A DNA stretch of 64,000 bases, from positions 479,885 to 543,884 of the forward strand of contig CBDFJG010000001.1 of assembly GCA_965248445.1 (NCBI GenBank), written 5' to 3'. This document shows positions 48,109 to 58,133 of this stretch, piece after piece. Under the pieces are notes generated by a model. That model worked only from the letters and a program-made list of their open reading frames with translations, did no database searches and had not been told where the DNA came from. The translations under genes and the position numbers were made by a program. The first letter of the stretch is position 1. Every line of letters begins with the position of its first letter. Source of the stretch: Planctomycetota bacterium (GTDB taxonomy: Bacteria; Planctomycetota; JAJSAM01; JAJVHW01).

Positions 48109-48975
48109 CTACTCGTGGATCAGCCAGCTGCGGACGTCGTCGCCGAGTCCGCCGTCGTTCAGACCGTCGGGTCCCAGACTCCACATCTGGAAGCGGGCGG
48201 CAGCGTGGAAGGTGCCGGTCATCGCGCTGCGCGGTGTCGAAGCTGTGAGCTCCGCCTTGCCGGTCTCACTGCGGCCCGAGGACTGCCCCAAGGACTGAGA
48301 CGAGCCGTAGTCGTCGGCGCTGAAGTAGACGAGTGCGCGTCCCCAGGCATCCACGATCTCCGCACGCCCGTCTCCGTCGGAGTCGACGGTGTCGAGACCC
48401 TTCGGGAAACGGCCCGCGGCGCGCAGTGCGGAGACGACGGCCTCGTTCCCGCGGTGCGCTCCGCCCTGTAGTTCCCGCGCCTTGGCGACCGAAGACGGAT
48501 AGCTGCCCTTGATCGCCCGTAGGACCTCGAGCTGCACACCCACTGCGTCGATGGTCCGCTCGGTGCTCGCGACGTGCTCAACCGTCCCGGCGCCGTAGCC
48601 GGCCACCCGAACGTGATCGAACCCGGTGTCGGCCGCCCCGATCCCACGCAGTTGCACGTCTGCGCGGGTGCGGCTCTCGCGGCGATGGCGCGGGCTCGCA
48701 ACGCGGCCGCTCGGCGTGCCGGCGCCGTCACCGACCGGGCCGTCCCGTCCGATCCGCGGTGTGTCCTCGGTCCTTACGGCGTCCGGCGTGTCTTCGTCCC
48801 AGGTCGGAACAGCGCCCTCCAGATCGGCCGCCTGGACGGTCGTGGGCGCGCCCTTCGTGTAGACGTGCCAGACCCAGTAGCACGCCCCGACGAGGAGGGA
48901 GAGGTTGATGAGCAGGACGAGGAATCCCGCGGCCCGGTGACCGGGCGGCGGCGGCGGGGTAGAGGTCGGAGCCAT
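48109..48975 (-). CDS. Membrane-anchored protein with GspG/pilin-like C-terminal domain
   Basis: Single TM helix; 'DAWGRALVY', 'FQMWSLGPDG...GDDVRSW' resembles the GspG C-terminus. Confidence 0.6.
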   Translation of the reverse strand: MAPTSTPPPPPGHRAAGFLVLLINLSLLVGACYWVWHVYTKGAPTTVQAADLEGAVPTWDEDTPDAVRTEDTPRIGRDGPVGDGAGTPSGRVASPRHRRESRTRADVQLRGIGAADTGFDHVRVAGYGAGTVEHVASTERTIDAVGVQLEVLRAIKGSYPSSVAKARELQGGAHRGNEAVVSALRAAGRFPKGLDTVDSDGDGRAEIVDAWGRALVYFSADDYGSSQSLGQSSGRSETGKAELTASTPRSAMTGTFHAAARFQMWSLGPDGLNDGGLGDDVRSWLIHE

Positions 48976-49278
48976 GGTGACGGCGCTCCAAGGATAGAGG
49001 GACGCCCGACGTGGGCCTCCCGTGCTCCGTGTGCGCGCATGGAGCGTGCCGCAGCCTCCAGGGGGGCCGGCGGAGGCTCGGGCAGCGGCGAATCGCCCTT
49101 GGACGTTCACCGAAATCGACACCTGGCGCGGTGTGGCCGGGACAGGCCGGCCGGGGGCGGGGGAAGCTGAGCGGCGCGGCAAGCGGAGTCTCCGGTGGAG
49201 AGTCCGAAGCGAACGCGAGCGCATGCCTCGGGGCAGCGCGGAGGTGTCAGTGCCACTTGGCCTGCGCAACGTGCCGCT

Positions 49279-49301
49279 AAAAACGCCATTGCTTATGGCG
49301 T
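49279..49301 (-). terminator. Putative terminator downstream of glutamine synthetase
   Basis: Minus strand reads ACGCCAT-AAGCA-ATGGCGT followed by a T-run. Confidence 0.45.
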
Positions 49302-49443
49302 CTTCCCCCTCGTCCGCTGGCGCGCGGACTCGGGTCGCGGCCGTTCAGGGACGCTCGCCGGCGGTACCTGCACGCCGCCCTCGTGGCAACTCTCTACGCG
49401 AACGACTCTCGTGACGACGGTCGCACTCGCGGCGAGCGCCCCT

Positions 49444-51672
49444 TCACCTAACGAACAGCATCTCGCTGTACCTCGGGAACGGCCAGTGGTGGTCGCTGCA
49501 GATGTTCTCGAGGCCGTCGGCCGACTCGCGGACTCGCTCGAGTGCCGGGGCGACCTCGTACGCGTAGCGCCGCGCCACTTCGGTCTCGTCGGTGCTGTCG
49601 ATGGCTCCGGCGGTGCTCTCCAGCTCATCCCGCCGCGAGAGCAGATCGCCCAGCAGCTTCTGGACCTCGTTCGCGCGCGACTTGTGCGGCGCGTCGTAGC
49701 CGCACTCACGGGCGGCATGCACCGACTGACAGAGTTCACCGAGGTAGCTCGACGCGGCGGGAATGACCCCCGTGTCCACCATGCGAAGGAGCGTCTGGAC
49801 CTCGATGTCGACATCCATGATGTAGCGCTCGAGCCGGATGTGCACGCGCGCCTTCACCTCGTCGGCCGAGCAGACCCTCTGCTCGATGAGGAACGCGTGG
49901 TTCTCGGGGTCCGCCAGATGCGCCAGCGCGTCCGGAGTCTTGCGGAGGTTCGGGAGGCCGCGGGCCTCCGCCTCGGTCACCCACTCATCCGAGTAGTTGT
50001 TTCCCTCGAAGCGCACCGGCTCCGTCTCGCGCGCGATCTTGGCCAGAACGGCCAGCACCGCGACGTCGCGAGCGGCACCGCCGCGCATCCCCTCCTTGAT
50101 CGCTGCATCCATCTCGAGGATCGAGTCGGCGGCCGCGGCGTTCAGCACCGCGATCGGGAACGAGACGGTCTGGGAGGAACCACATGCGCGGAACTCCCAC
50201 TTGTTGCCCGTGAATGCGAAAGGCGAGGTGCGGTTGCGGTCGGTGTTGTCCTTCTTCACGTCGGGTAGGTGGCTTACTCCGAGACTGATCGACGCGGCGT
50301 CCGCGTCGCCCTCGCCGAACACGCCCTCGGACAGGCGCTCGAAGATGCCGGTCAGCGTCTCGCCGAGGAACATGGAGACGATCGCCGGCGGCGCCTCGTT
50401 CGCGCCGAGCCGGTGGTCGTTGCCCGAGCCCGAGATCGCCGCGCGAAGGCAGCCCGCGCGGCGATGCACGGCGCGCAAGACGCACGCCGTCATGACCAGG
50501 AAGCGCAGGTTCTTGGACGGGGTGTCGCCCGGTTCGAAGAGGTTGCTCCACTTGTCGTCACCGGTGCGGATCGCGAGAGACCAGTTCAGGTGCTTGCCGC
50601 TGCCGTTGATGCCGGCGAACGGCTTCTCGTGGAAGAACACGCTGAAGTCGTGGCGACGGGCCACGCGGCGCATCACCTCCATCGCGAGCTGGTTGTGATC
50701 GGCTGCGATCTGCGACTCCTCGAAGATCGGTGCCATCTCGTACTGGGCCGGCGCGACCTCGTTGTGCCGTGTCTTGACGGGCACGCCGAGCTCATACAGC
50801 TCGTTCTCGAAGTCGTTCATGAACGCGGCCGCGCGCGGGTTGATCGCCCCGAAGTAGTGATCGTCGAGCTGCTGGCCCTTCGGCGAGCTGGCCCCGAGGA
50901 GCGTGCGCCCGGTCATGAGCAGATCGGGACGCAGCGGAGTGAATGCGCGATCCACGAGGAAGTACTCTTGCTCGGCACCGACGGTGCTCGTGACGCGCGT
51001 CACCGTCTCCTCGCCAAGCGTCGCGAGGAGCTGCTTCACCGCGCCGTCGAGCGCCTGGATGCTGCGCAGAAGCGGCGTCTTCTCGTCGAGCGCGTAGCCG
51101 TTGTACGACATGAAAGCCGACGGAATGCACAGCGTGGTTCCCGTGGTCGTCACCATCAGGAACATCGGGCTCGACGGGTCCCAAGCGGTATATCCACGCG
51201 CCTCGAACGTCGTTCGCGTGCCGCCGCTCGGGAACGACGACGCATCCGGTTCGCTCTGCACCAACTGATCAGGGGAGAAGCGCTCGATCGGCTTGCCGGC
51301 GTTGTCGAACGACAGGAAGGCGTCGTGCTTCTCCGCGGTCGAGCCGGTCAGGGGCTGGAACCAGTGACAGAAGTGCGTCGCGCCGTTCTCGAGCGCCCAC
51401 TCCTTCGCCGCGTGTGCGACGGCCGCCGCGAGTTCGGAGTCCAGTCCGGCTCCCGACTCGAGACACTGCAGGAGGCGCTCGAAGTCCTGCGCCGGGAGTC
51501 GGTCGCGCATGCGATGCAGGTCAAACGTGCGACGACCGAAGCGCTCGCTGACCTTGCGGCGCGCCTCGGCTCCGCGGACGGCATCGAAACCGCGCGGATT
51601 GCGGGCAGCCGCCGTCCGTACGGCGCCCATGCGACCGATCGACCTCGCCCCACTCATGTGCGTGCCGGACAT
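49444..51672 (-). CDS. glnN: Glutamine synthetase type III
   Basis: 'HWFQPLTGSTAEKHD', 'EPDASSFPSGG', 'HEKPFAGINGSGKH', 'RLGANEAPP', 'DRNRTSPFAFTGNKWEFR'. Confidence 0.95.
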   Translation of the reverse strand: MSGTHMSGARSIGRMGAVRTAAARNPRGFDAVRGAEARRKVSERFGRRTFDLHRMRDRLPAQDFERLLQCLESGAGLDSELAAAVAHAAKEWALENGATHFCHWFQPLTGSTAEKHDAFLSFDNAGKPIERFSPDQLVQSEPDASSFPSGGTRTTFEARGYTAWDPSSPMFLMVTTTGTTLCIPSAFMSYNGYALDEKTPLLRSIQALDGAVKQLLATLGEETVTRVTSTVGAEQEYFLVDRAFTPLRPDLLMTGRTLLGASSPKGQQLDDHYFGAINPRAAAFMNDFENELYELGVPVKTRHNEVAPAQYEMAPIFEESQIAADHNQLAMEVMRRVARRHDFSVFFHEKPFAGINGSGKHLNWSLAIRTGDDKWSNLFEPGDTPSKNLRFLVMTACVLRAVHRRAGCLRAAISGSGNDHRLGANEAPPAIVSMFLGETLTGIFERLSEGVFGEGDADAASISLGVSHLPDVKKDNTDRNRTSPFAFTGNKWEFRACGSSQTVSFPIAVLNAAAADSILEMDAAIKEGMRGGAARDVAVLAVLAKIARETEPVRFEGNNYSDEWVTEAEARGLPNLRKTPDALAHLADPENHAFLIEQRVCSADEVKARVHIRLERYIMDVDIEVQTLLRMVDTGVIPAASSYLGELCQSVHAARECGYDAPHKSRANEVQKLLGDLLSRRDELESTAGAIDSTDETEVARRYAYEVAPALERVRESADGLENICSDHHWPFPRYSEMLFVR

Positions 51673-51880
51673 CGAATCCTCCTCTGACTCACGGCTTCCA
51701 CGATTCACGTCGACCGCGACCGGGCCGTTGCCCTGCGATCCGTCGGTTCTGAGCACCACGCCTGAGCACTCTCTTTCATGCCCGAACCGCTCAGTGGCTT
51801 TGCTGCCACGATCGGCCCGCTGACCAACGACCGGTGTCGGCGCTCCCGCTCGCGCGAGCGCCGACACCGCCTGTGCGCCA

Positions 51881-51937
51881 CTGTGCTGATTCCAACTGGC
51901 TGATTCCAACTGGCTGAATCCAACTGTGCTGAATCCA
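51881..51937. repeat. Short tandem repeat, ~14-15-bp unit GCTGA(T/A)TCCAACTG, about 3.7 copies
   Basis: ctgt-gctgattccaactg-gctgattccaactg-gctgaatccaactg-t-gctgaatcca in the glnN/mutS divergent region. Confidence 0.9.
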
Positions 51938-52055
51938 GTCGCGCCGCCCGCCAAGAACGGCGCGGAGTCTCGCACGGCACGGGGACGGGGTGTTCGCGAT
52001 TCAGGACGGATCGGGGGCCTCTTCGGGGGTCGGGCGTCGCGGATATCCTCCTACG

Positions 52056-54785
52056 ATGGTCCGTGCCAAGACGCCGGTGATGCGCCAGTTCGAGAGTGCA
52101 AAGAGCGAGCACCCCGACGCGCTGCTGTTCTTCCGCATGGGCGACTTCTACGAACTCTTCCACGAGGACGCGAAGGAGGCGGCGCGGCTCCTGGACATCA
52201 CGCTGACCGCGCGGAACGACGGCATCCCGATGGCCGGCGTTCCTGTCCGCAGTCTGGACAGTTACTTACGTCGACTCGTCAACATCGGACGCCGGGTCGC
52301 GATCTGCGAACAGATCGAAGACGCCAAGAAGGCAAAGGGCATCGTCAAGCGCGCCGTCGTGCGGGTCGTGACCCCCGGCACCCTCACCGAGGACGGCAAC
52401 CTCGATGTCGGTCGCAACAACTACTTGGTGGCGGTTGCGGCGCCGAAGCGGGCCGGCGGAGCCGCCGGGCTGGCGTGGGTCGACCTCTCGACCGGCGCGT
52501 TCGAGCTGGCCGAACTGCCGGCGAGCGCCCTCTCTGACGAGCTCGCGCGACTCGAGCCGGCGGAGATCCTGGTCTCGCGGTCCGCCCTCGCCTCCCGGCC
52601 GGACGTGCTGGCCGCCCTCGACGCCGCGGGAACCGCTGCCGCCGAGCGGGAGGTCGAGCCCTGGCGGCTCGATCCGCAGGACGGACGGCGGGCGCTCTGC
52701 ACGAGGCACGGCGTCGCAGATCTCTCCGGGTTCGGTCTGGACGGCCTCGCTGCTGCTGTCGGCTGCGCCGGCGCCCTCCTCTCCTACCTCGAGGAGACGC
52801 AGAAGACCGCGCTCCCCCACCTTCGGCGGCCGCGGCTGCACACGCCGGCGGACAGCCTGGTCGTCGATCGGGTCACGCTGCGATGCCTCGAGGTGGTCGC
52901 CAACCAGCGTGACGCCGGGCGGAGCGACACGCTGCTCGAGGTCGTGGATCGCACACGGACGGCCATGGGCGCACGGCTCCTCCGCGGGTGGTTGACGGCG
53001 CCGCTCGCGCGACTCGACCCGATCGCCATGAGGCACGATGCCGTCGCTTCGCTCGACGATGCGCCGGTCGGACGCGCCGATCTGCGCGACGCGCTGCGCA
53101 ACGTGCACGACCTCGAGCGATTGACCGCGCGCGTCTCCACGGGCCGCGCCACGCCCCGCGACGTCCTCGCGCTCGGGCGCTCTCTCGCGCAGGTGCCGCA
53201 GATTCGCACGCTCCTCGAGCGGCACGAGGCTGGGCTGCTCTGCGCGCTCGGCAACGCCGCAGATCCGCTCACCGATCTGACGGCTGAGATCGAGCGGACG
53301 ATCAGCAATCCGGCGCCGCTCACGATTCGCGAGGGCGGCATCATCCGCGAGGGGATCTCCGAGGACCTGGACCGCGCTCGGACGCTCGCGCGCGGCGCGA
53401 AGGAAGTGCTCGCGGAGATGCAGCGTCGCGAGTCCGAGCGGACCGGGATCCAGAACCTGCGCGTCGGATACACGTCGGTGTTCGGGTACTTCCTCGAGGT
53501 GTCGCGAGGTCAGGTCGGACGCGTGCCGGAGGAGTGGACCCGGCGTCAAACGCTCAAGAACGTGGAGCGGTACATCACTCCGGAGCTCAAGGAGCTCGAG
53601 GAGCAGATTCTCGGTGCGGACGACCGCGCGCGCACGCTCGAGGAAGAGCTGTTCCTCGGCCTTCGCAGCCGGATAGCAGAGGACGTGTCCACGCTGCTCG
53701 ACACCGCGGGGGCCGTCGCCGAGATCGACGTGCTCGCATGTCTTGCGGAGGTCGCGTCGGAGAAGGGCTGGACACGGCCGACCCTCGACGAAACTGGGAG
53801 TCTGCGCGTGCGCAACGGTCGGCATCCCGTCCTCGACGGGCGGACCGAGGAGCCGTTCGTCCCGAACGACGCGGAGCTCGACACGGCGTCGCAACACGTC
53901 GTCCTCATCACCGGCCCCAACATGGCGGGCAAGTCGACGTACATCCGGCAGGTCGCGTTGATTGCTCTGTTGGCCCACGTCGGCTCCTTCGTCCCTGCGG
54001 ACGAAGCACGCATCGGCCGGGTGGACAGGATCATGGCGCGCGTCGGCGCCAGCGACGACATCGCCGGCGGCCGCTCGACATTCATGGTCGAGATGACCGA
54101 GACCGCGAACATCCTGCACAACGCGACCAAGCGCTCGCTCGTCATCCTCGACGAGGTCGGGCGCGGCACGAGCACGTACGACGGTGTCGCGCTCGCATGG
54201 GCGATCACCGAGCACCTGGCTACGGTCACCGGCTGCCGCACGCTGTTCGCGACCCACTATCACGAGCTGACGACGATGCCGTCGACGATCGAGCAGTTGG
54301 GGCGTTCGGTGCGGAACGCGCGCGTCGCGGTTCGCGAATGGGGAGATCGCGTGGTGTTCCTCCGCCGGATCGAAGAAGGCGGAACCGACCGGTCGTACGG
54401 AATTCACGTGGCGCGCCTCGCGGGTCTTCCCGACGAGGTCGTCGAGCGCGCACGGTCCGTGCTCTCCGGCCTCGAGACGCGGCGCCACGCGCTCCTCGGC
54501 GACACGCAGGGCACCGGTGAGCAGCTACCTCTGTTTCGACCGCCGCCGGACGAGGGACGCGCGCCGGAACACCCGGTTCTCGGAGAGGTCCGGGACGTAG
54601 ACGTGGCGCGCACGACCCCGCTCGACGCGCTGGCGCTCCTCGACGCGTGGCAGCGCAGGCTGTCCCCTTATCCACACCAGAAGGCTGCTCCGCCCCAGAA
54701 GGCTGCTCCATCCGAGCAGGCTGATCCACCCGAGTCGTCGCGCGGATCCTCCGACAGCGGTCACGGCCCCGCCGTCCGTGAGTAG
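52056..54785 (+). CDS. mutS: DNA mismatch repair protein MutS
   Basis: 'FFRMGDFYELF', 'ITGPNMAGKSTY', 'STFMVEM', 'DEVGRGTST', 'ATHYHEL', 'SYGIHVA'. Confidence 0.97.
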   Translation: MVRAKTPVMRQFESAKSEHPDALLFFRMGDFYELFHEDAKEAARLLDITLTARNDGIPMAGVPVRSLDSYLRRLVNIGRRVAICEQIEDAKKAKGIVKRAVVRVVTPGTLTEDGNLDVGRNNYLVAVAAPKRAGGAAGLAWVDLSTGAFELAELPASALSDELARLEPAEILVSRSALASRPDVLAALDAAGTAAAEREVEPWRLDPQDGRRALCTRHGVADLSGFGLDGLAAAVGCAGALLSYLEETQKTALPHLRRPRLHTPADSLVVDRVTLRCLEVVANQRDAGRSDTLLEVVDRTRTAMGARLLRGWLTAPLARLDPIAMRHDAVASLDDAPVGRADLRDALRNVHDLERLTARVSTGRATPRDVLALGRSLAQVPQIRTLLERHEAGLLCALGNAADPLTDLTAEIERTISNPAPLTIREGGIIREGISEDLDRARTLARGAKEVLAEMQRRESERTGIQNLRVGYTSVFGYFLEVSRGQVGRVPEEWTRRQTLKNVERYITPELKELEEQILGADDRARTLEEELFLGLRSRIAEDVSTLLDTAGAVAEIDVLACLAEVASEKGWTRPTLDETGSLRVRNGRHPVLDGRTEEPFVPNDAELDTASQHVVLITGPNMAGKSTYIRQVALIALLAHVGSFVPADEARIGRVDRIMARVGASDDIAGGRSTFMVEMTETANILHNATKRSLVILDEVGRGTSTYDGVALAWAITEHLATVTGCRTLFATHYHELTTMPSTIEQLGRSVRNARVAVREWGDRVVFLRRIEEGGTDRSYGIHVARLAGLPDEVVERARSVLSGLETRRHALLGDTQGTGEQLPLFRPPPDEGRAPEHPVLGEVRDVDVARTTPLDALALLDAWQRRLSPYPHQKAAPPQKAAPSEQADPPESSRGSSDSGHGPAVRE

Positions 54786-55390
54786 GTCAGATTCCGGATC
54801 GTGCGCCCTCGCTCCCGCCAGAGCGTCTCGAAGCGTGTGGCGTGTCCCCCGGGCGGCTCGCGATCCACGAGGGTGAGCCCGTCACCTTCGAGCACCTCCT
54901 CCATCTGCTCATGGTAGGCCGCCTCATCGGTCGCGAGGTGCAGGCGTCCGCCGCTGACGAGCACGCGGGTAGCCTCGCGCGCGAACCACGGACGGACGAG
55001 CCGATTCAGCTCATGCCGCTCCTTCGGCCACGGGTCCGGGAAGTACACGTGCAGAGCGGTCACGCTCGCGTCCTCCAAGCAGACGCCGAGGGCCAGTTCG
55101 CCCGCGACGGGCAGCGCGCGTACGTTCGTCAGGCCACGGTCGTCCGCGCGCTGCAGGAACAGCTGCACTCGGTGAGGGTCGCGCTCGACACCGATGTGGT
55201 CACGCTCGGGATGGGCCTGCGCCTCCTCCAGGAGGAAGGTGTCCTTGCCGAAGCCGATCTCGACGACGAGCGGCGCGTCGCGGCCGAAGATCTCCCTCCA
55301 GTCGCCGGGCGCGCGCAGTCCGTCCCCCGGCACGACAAGGAAGGGCGCGGGCGGCGGCAGCCAGCCGCCGCGGTTGGAGCGGTGGCGCAT
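54761..55390 (-). CDS. trmB: tRNA (guanine-N7)-methyltransferase
   Basis: 'VEIGFGK', 'YFPDPWPKERH', 'LATD', 'TRFE'. Confidence 0.9.
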   Translation of the reverse strand: MRHRSNRGGWLPPPAPFLVVPGDGLRAPGDWREIFGRDAPLVVEIGFGKDTFLLEEAQAHPERDHIGVERDPHRVQLFLQRADDRGLTNVRALPVAGELALGVCLEDASVTALHVYFPDPWPKERHELNRLVRPWFAREATRVLVSGGRLHLATDEAAYHEQMEEVLEGDGLTLVDREPPGGHATRFETLWRERGRTIRNLTYSRTAGP

Positions 55391-55524
55391 GACTCCGGTC
55401 TACGCCGTGTCCCGCCTCGCTCCATACCTTTCGTGGGCTTCTTCCCTGAGCTTCCTTGACCGGCCCTTCACGCGGAGTACGCTCGCCCCTCCCCAGCCCC
55501 CGAGGGCCGCGGGAGCTTTCCGAT

Positions 55525-55599
55525 CGCGGGGTGGAGAAGTGGTATCTCGTCAGGCTCATAACCTGAAGATCGCAGGTTCGAATCCTGTCCCCGCTACCA
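55525..55599 (+). tRNA. tRNA-Met(CAT), initiator type
   Basis: Cloverleaf with anticodon arm TCAGG-CTCATAA-CCTGA, T-arm GGTTCGAATCC, encoded CCA, unpaired C1:U72. Confidence 0.95.
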
Positions 55600-55600
55600 T

Positions 55601-55631
55601 CAGGGTCGCCGGCTGACTGCCGGCGGCCCTG
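55601..55631 (+). terminator. Hairpin immediately after tRNA-Met
   Basis: CAGGGTCGCCGGC-TGACT-GCCGGCGGCCCTG 13-bp stem; weak U-tract. Confidence 0.55.
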
Positions 55632-55664
55632 TCCATTTCACGAGTCGGAATCCACGCACGGCAC

Positions 55665-55934
55665 ATGGTGAGAGTCGTCTTCACCGAGAACATGCAGCGC
55701 CACGTGGCGTGCCCTCCGGCCGACGCGCCGGGGGACACTGTGCGGGCCGTGCTCGACCGGGTGTTCGATGACAATCCGCGGGCCCGCGGCTACGTGCTCG
55801 ACGACCACGGACACCTGCGCAAGCACATGGTGATCTTCGTGGACGGGCGCCAGATTCGCGACCGAGAGGAACTGTCGGACCCGGTGTCCGTGGACGGCGA
55901 GATCTACGTGATGCAGGCGCTCTCCGGCGGCTGA
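55665..55934 (+). CDS. MoaD/ThiS-family ubiquitin-like protein
   Basis: Beta-grasp pattern 'TVRAVLD...LRKHMVIFVDG', C-terminal 'ALSGG'. Confidence 0.88.
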   Translation: MVRVVFTENMQRHVACPPADAPGDTVRAVLDRVFDDNPRARGYVLDDHGHLRKHMVIFVDGRQIRDREELSDPVSVDGEIYVMQALSGG

Positions 55935-55968
55935 CATAGAGCGACCGAACCGCCGAAGGAGCTACGAG

Positions 55969-57069
55969 ATGAGTGACCGCATTCTGGTGTCCACACGCAA
56001 GGGCCTGTTCATCGTCGCCCGGGGTGCCTCCGGCTGGACCATCGACCGCACTGCGTTCCTCGGCGACAACGTGTCGCTCGCGATCGAGGACCCTCGCGAC
56101 GGTGCGATCCACGCAGCTCTCGACCACGGACACTTCGGGTGCAAGATGCACCGCTCCCGCGACGGCGGCACCACGTGGGAGGAGTGCGCGACACCGGTGT
56201 TCCCGGACAAGCCGGAGGATCCGGAGGATCCCGAGGACAAGAACCCTTGGAAGCTCATGTCCGTCTGGGCGATGTCCGCCGGTGGCGCCGACGAACCGGG
56301 GGTGATGTGGCTCGGCACGATCCCCGGCGGTCTCTTCCGATCCAACGACTCGGGCGACTCGTGGATGCTCGTGCGCCCGCTTTGGGACCACCCCGACCGC
56401 AAGAAGTGGTTCGGCGGCGGCTCCGAGCAGCCCGGTCTCCACTCGATCCTGGTGCATCCGGAGAACTCGCGCCATGTGATGGTCGGCGTGTCCTGCGGCG
56501 GCACGTGGGTCACGGAGAACGGCGGCGAGACGTGGGACTGCCGGGCGGACGGCATGTGGGCCGCCTACATGCCGCCGGAGCAGAAGAACAACCCTGTCAT
56601 CCAGGATCCGCACCTCATCGTCCAGTGCCCGTCGGCGCCGGAGGTCTACTGGACGCAGCACCACAACGGCATCTTCCGCACGCGGGACGGCGGTCGGAAC
56701 TGGGACGACATTACGGCCGCGGAGCCGTCGGTCTTCGGGTTCGCCGTCGCCGTGCACCCCAACGACCCGGAGACCGCCTGGTTCGTGCCGGCGATCAAGG
56801 ACGAGAAGCGCATCCCCGTCGACGGCAACGTCGTCGTGAGCCGCACGCGGGACGGAGGCAAGACGTTCGAGGTGCTGCGCGAGGGTCTGCCGCAGGGCCA
56901 CTCCTACGACCTGACGTTCCGTCACGGCCTCGACATCGACGCGTCCGGTGAACGGCTGGCATTCGGCAGCACGACCGGAGCGCTCTGGGTGACGGAGAAC
57001 GGCGGCGACTCGTGGCAGACGGTGTCCCGGCACCTCCCGCAGGTCTACTCCGTCCGCTTCATGGCTTGA
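55969..57069 (+). CDS. BNR/Asp-box beta-propeller protein (sialidase/GH74-like fold)
   Basis: Repeated Asp-boxes S/TxDGGxxW: 'SRDGGTTW', 'SNDSGDSW', 'TENGGETW', 'TRDGGRNW'. Confidence 0.88.
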   Translation: MSDRILVSTRKGLFIVARGASGWTIDRTAFLGDNVSLAIEDPRDGAIHAALDHGHFGCKMHRSRDGGTTWEECATPVFPDKPEDPEDPEDKNPWKLMSVWAMSAGGADEPGVMWLGTIPGGLFRSNDSGDSWMLVRPLWDHPDRKKWFGGGSEQPGLHSILVHPENSRHVMVGVSCGGTWVTENGGETWDCRADGMWAAYMPPEQKNNPVIQDPHLIVQCPSAPEVYWTQHHNGIFRTRDGGRNWDDITAAEPSVFGFAVAVHPNDPETAWFVPAIKDEKRIPVDGNVVVSRTRDGGKTFEVLREGLPQGHSYDLTFRHGLDIDASGERLAFGSTTGALWVTENGGDSWQTVSRHLPQVYSVRFMA

Positions 57070-58106
57070 GCGACTCGCAGAGAGACCGCATCCGTCAGCG
57101 AGCGCAGGATCTCGGATTCGACCGCGTCGGATTCGCCGCCGCGGGAGAGAGCCGCGACGCCGCGCGATACCGCGAGTGGCTCGCCGCCGGTCGCGAGGCA
57201 GACCTCGAGTACATGCGCAAGGCTCCCGAGCGCCGCACCGATCCACGGAACGTCCTGCCCGGATGCAACACCGTCATCGTCGGCACCGTCGGTCATTGGT
57301 TCCCGGATGACGACGGGAGCGCCGCCCTACCGGCGCGCGTTGCGCGATACGCCCGCGGCCGCGACTACCACAAGATTCTGCAAGGCATGCTCAAGCGGCT
57401 CTGTCGCGTGCTGGACGAGGAGGCGGAGGGCGACGAGCGTCACCGCTGGTACGTAGATCACGGTCCGGTCCTCGAACGCGCGTGGGCGGCGGAGGCGGGC
57501 ATCGGCTTCGTCGGCAAGAACGCGATGCTGATCGACCCGCGGCGGGGTTCGTGGACCACCCTCGGGGTCGTGTTGACAACGCTCGAGATCGCACCGGACA
57601 CGCCGGTGACGGATTCCTGCGGCACCTGCACTGCCTGCATCCCCGCCTGCCCCACCGGGGCCATCGTCGGACCCGGCCAGGTCGACTCGCGGCTGTGCAT
57701 CAGCTACTGGACGATCGAGCACCGCGGTGCGATCCCCGATGCCATGCGGAGCGCACTCGGCACGCGCGTCTTCGGTTGCGACGACTGCCAGGACGCCTGC
57801 CCGTGGAACCGCTTCGCGCAGCCCGCCACGGTGGAGGATCACCGGCCGCGAGAGCTGTTCGCGGATCCGGACCTCACCCGCCTGGCGACCCTCACCCACG
57901 AAGAGTGGGACGACGCGACCCGCGGCACCGCCGTGCGCCGCGCCGGCTACGAGGGCCTCCTCCGCAACGTGGCCTGCGCCCTCGGCAACACCGGCGACGC
58001 CCGTGCGCGCACGCCGCTCGAACACCTGGCCGAGCACGAGAGTGAACTGGTTCGGGAGCATGCCACCTGGGGTCTCGACCAGCTCGACGCCGCCACAACC
58101 GCGTAG
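57066..58106 (+). CDS. queG: Epoxyqueuosine reductase
   Basis: 'ARYARGRDYH', 'PVLERAWA', 'CGTCTACIPACPTGA', 'CISYWTIE', 'FGCDDCQDACPWN'. Confidence 0.95.
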   Translation: MSDSQRDRIRQRAQDLGFDRVGFAAAGESRDAARYREWLAAGREADLEYMRKAPERRTDPRNVLPGCNTVIVGTVGHWFPDDDGSAALPARVARYARGRDYHKILQGMLKRLCRVLDEEAEGDERHRWYVDHGPVLERAWAAEAGIGFVGKNAMLIDPRRGSWTTLGVVLTTLEIAPDTPVTDSCGTCTACIPACPTGAIVGPGQVDSRLCISYWTIEHRGAIPDAMRSALGTRVFGCDDCQDACPWNRFAQPATVEDHRPRELFADPDLTRLATLTHEEWDDATRGTAVRRAGYEGLLRNVACALGNTGDARARTPLEHLAEHESELVREHATWGLDQLDAATTA

Positions 58107-58133
58107 GGGACCGCAAGCGGCAGACTGCGTGCG

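Noticed and set aside
51881-51937. Possible mini-CRISPR array
   Set aside because: Units are only 14-15 bp, directly adjacent with no spacers, and there are no cas genes in the window
51673-52055. Sigma-54 promoter or NtrC sites upstream of glutamine synthetase
   Set aside because: No properly spaced GG-N10-GC element or TGCAC-N7-GTGCA site found by eye
52266-54488. Long antisense and alternate-frame ORFs (this 740-aa ORF, 19637-21574, 30902-32851 and similar)
   Set aside because: Shadow ORFs opposite well-supported genes; expected at high GC, Arg/Ala-rich and without motifs
55525-58106. Genomic island integrated at tRNA-Met
   Set aside because: No integrase, no duplicated tRNA 3' end seen, and the downstream genes include housekeeping queG with normal composition
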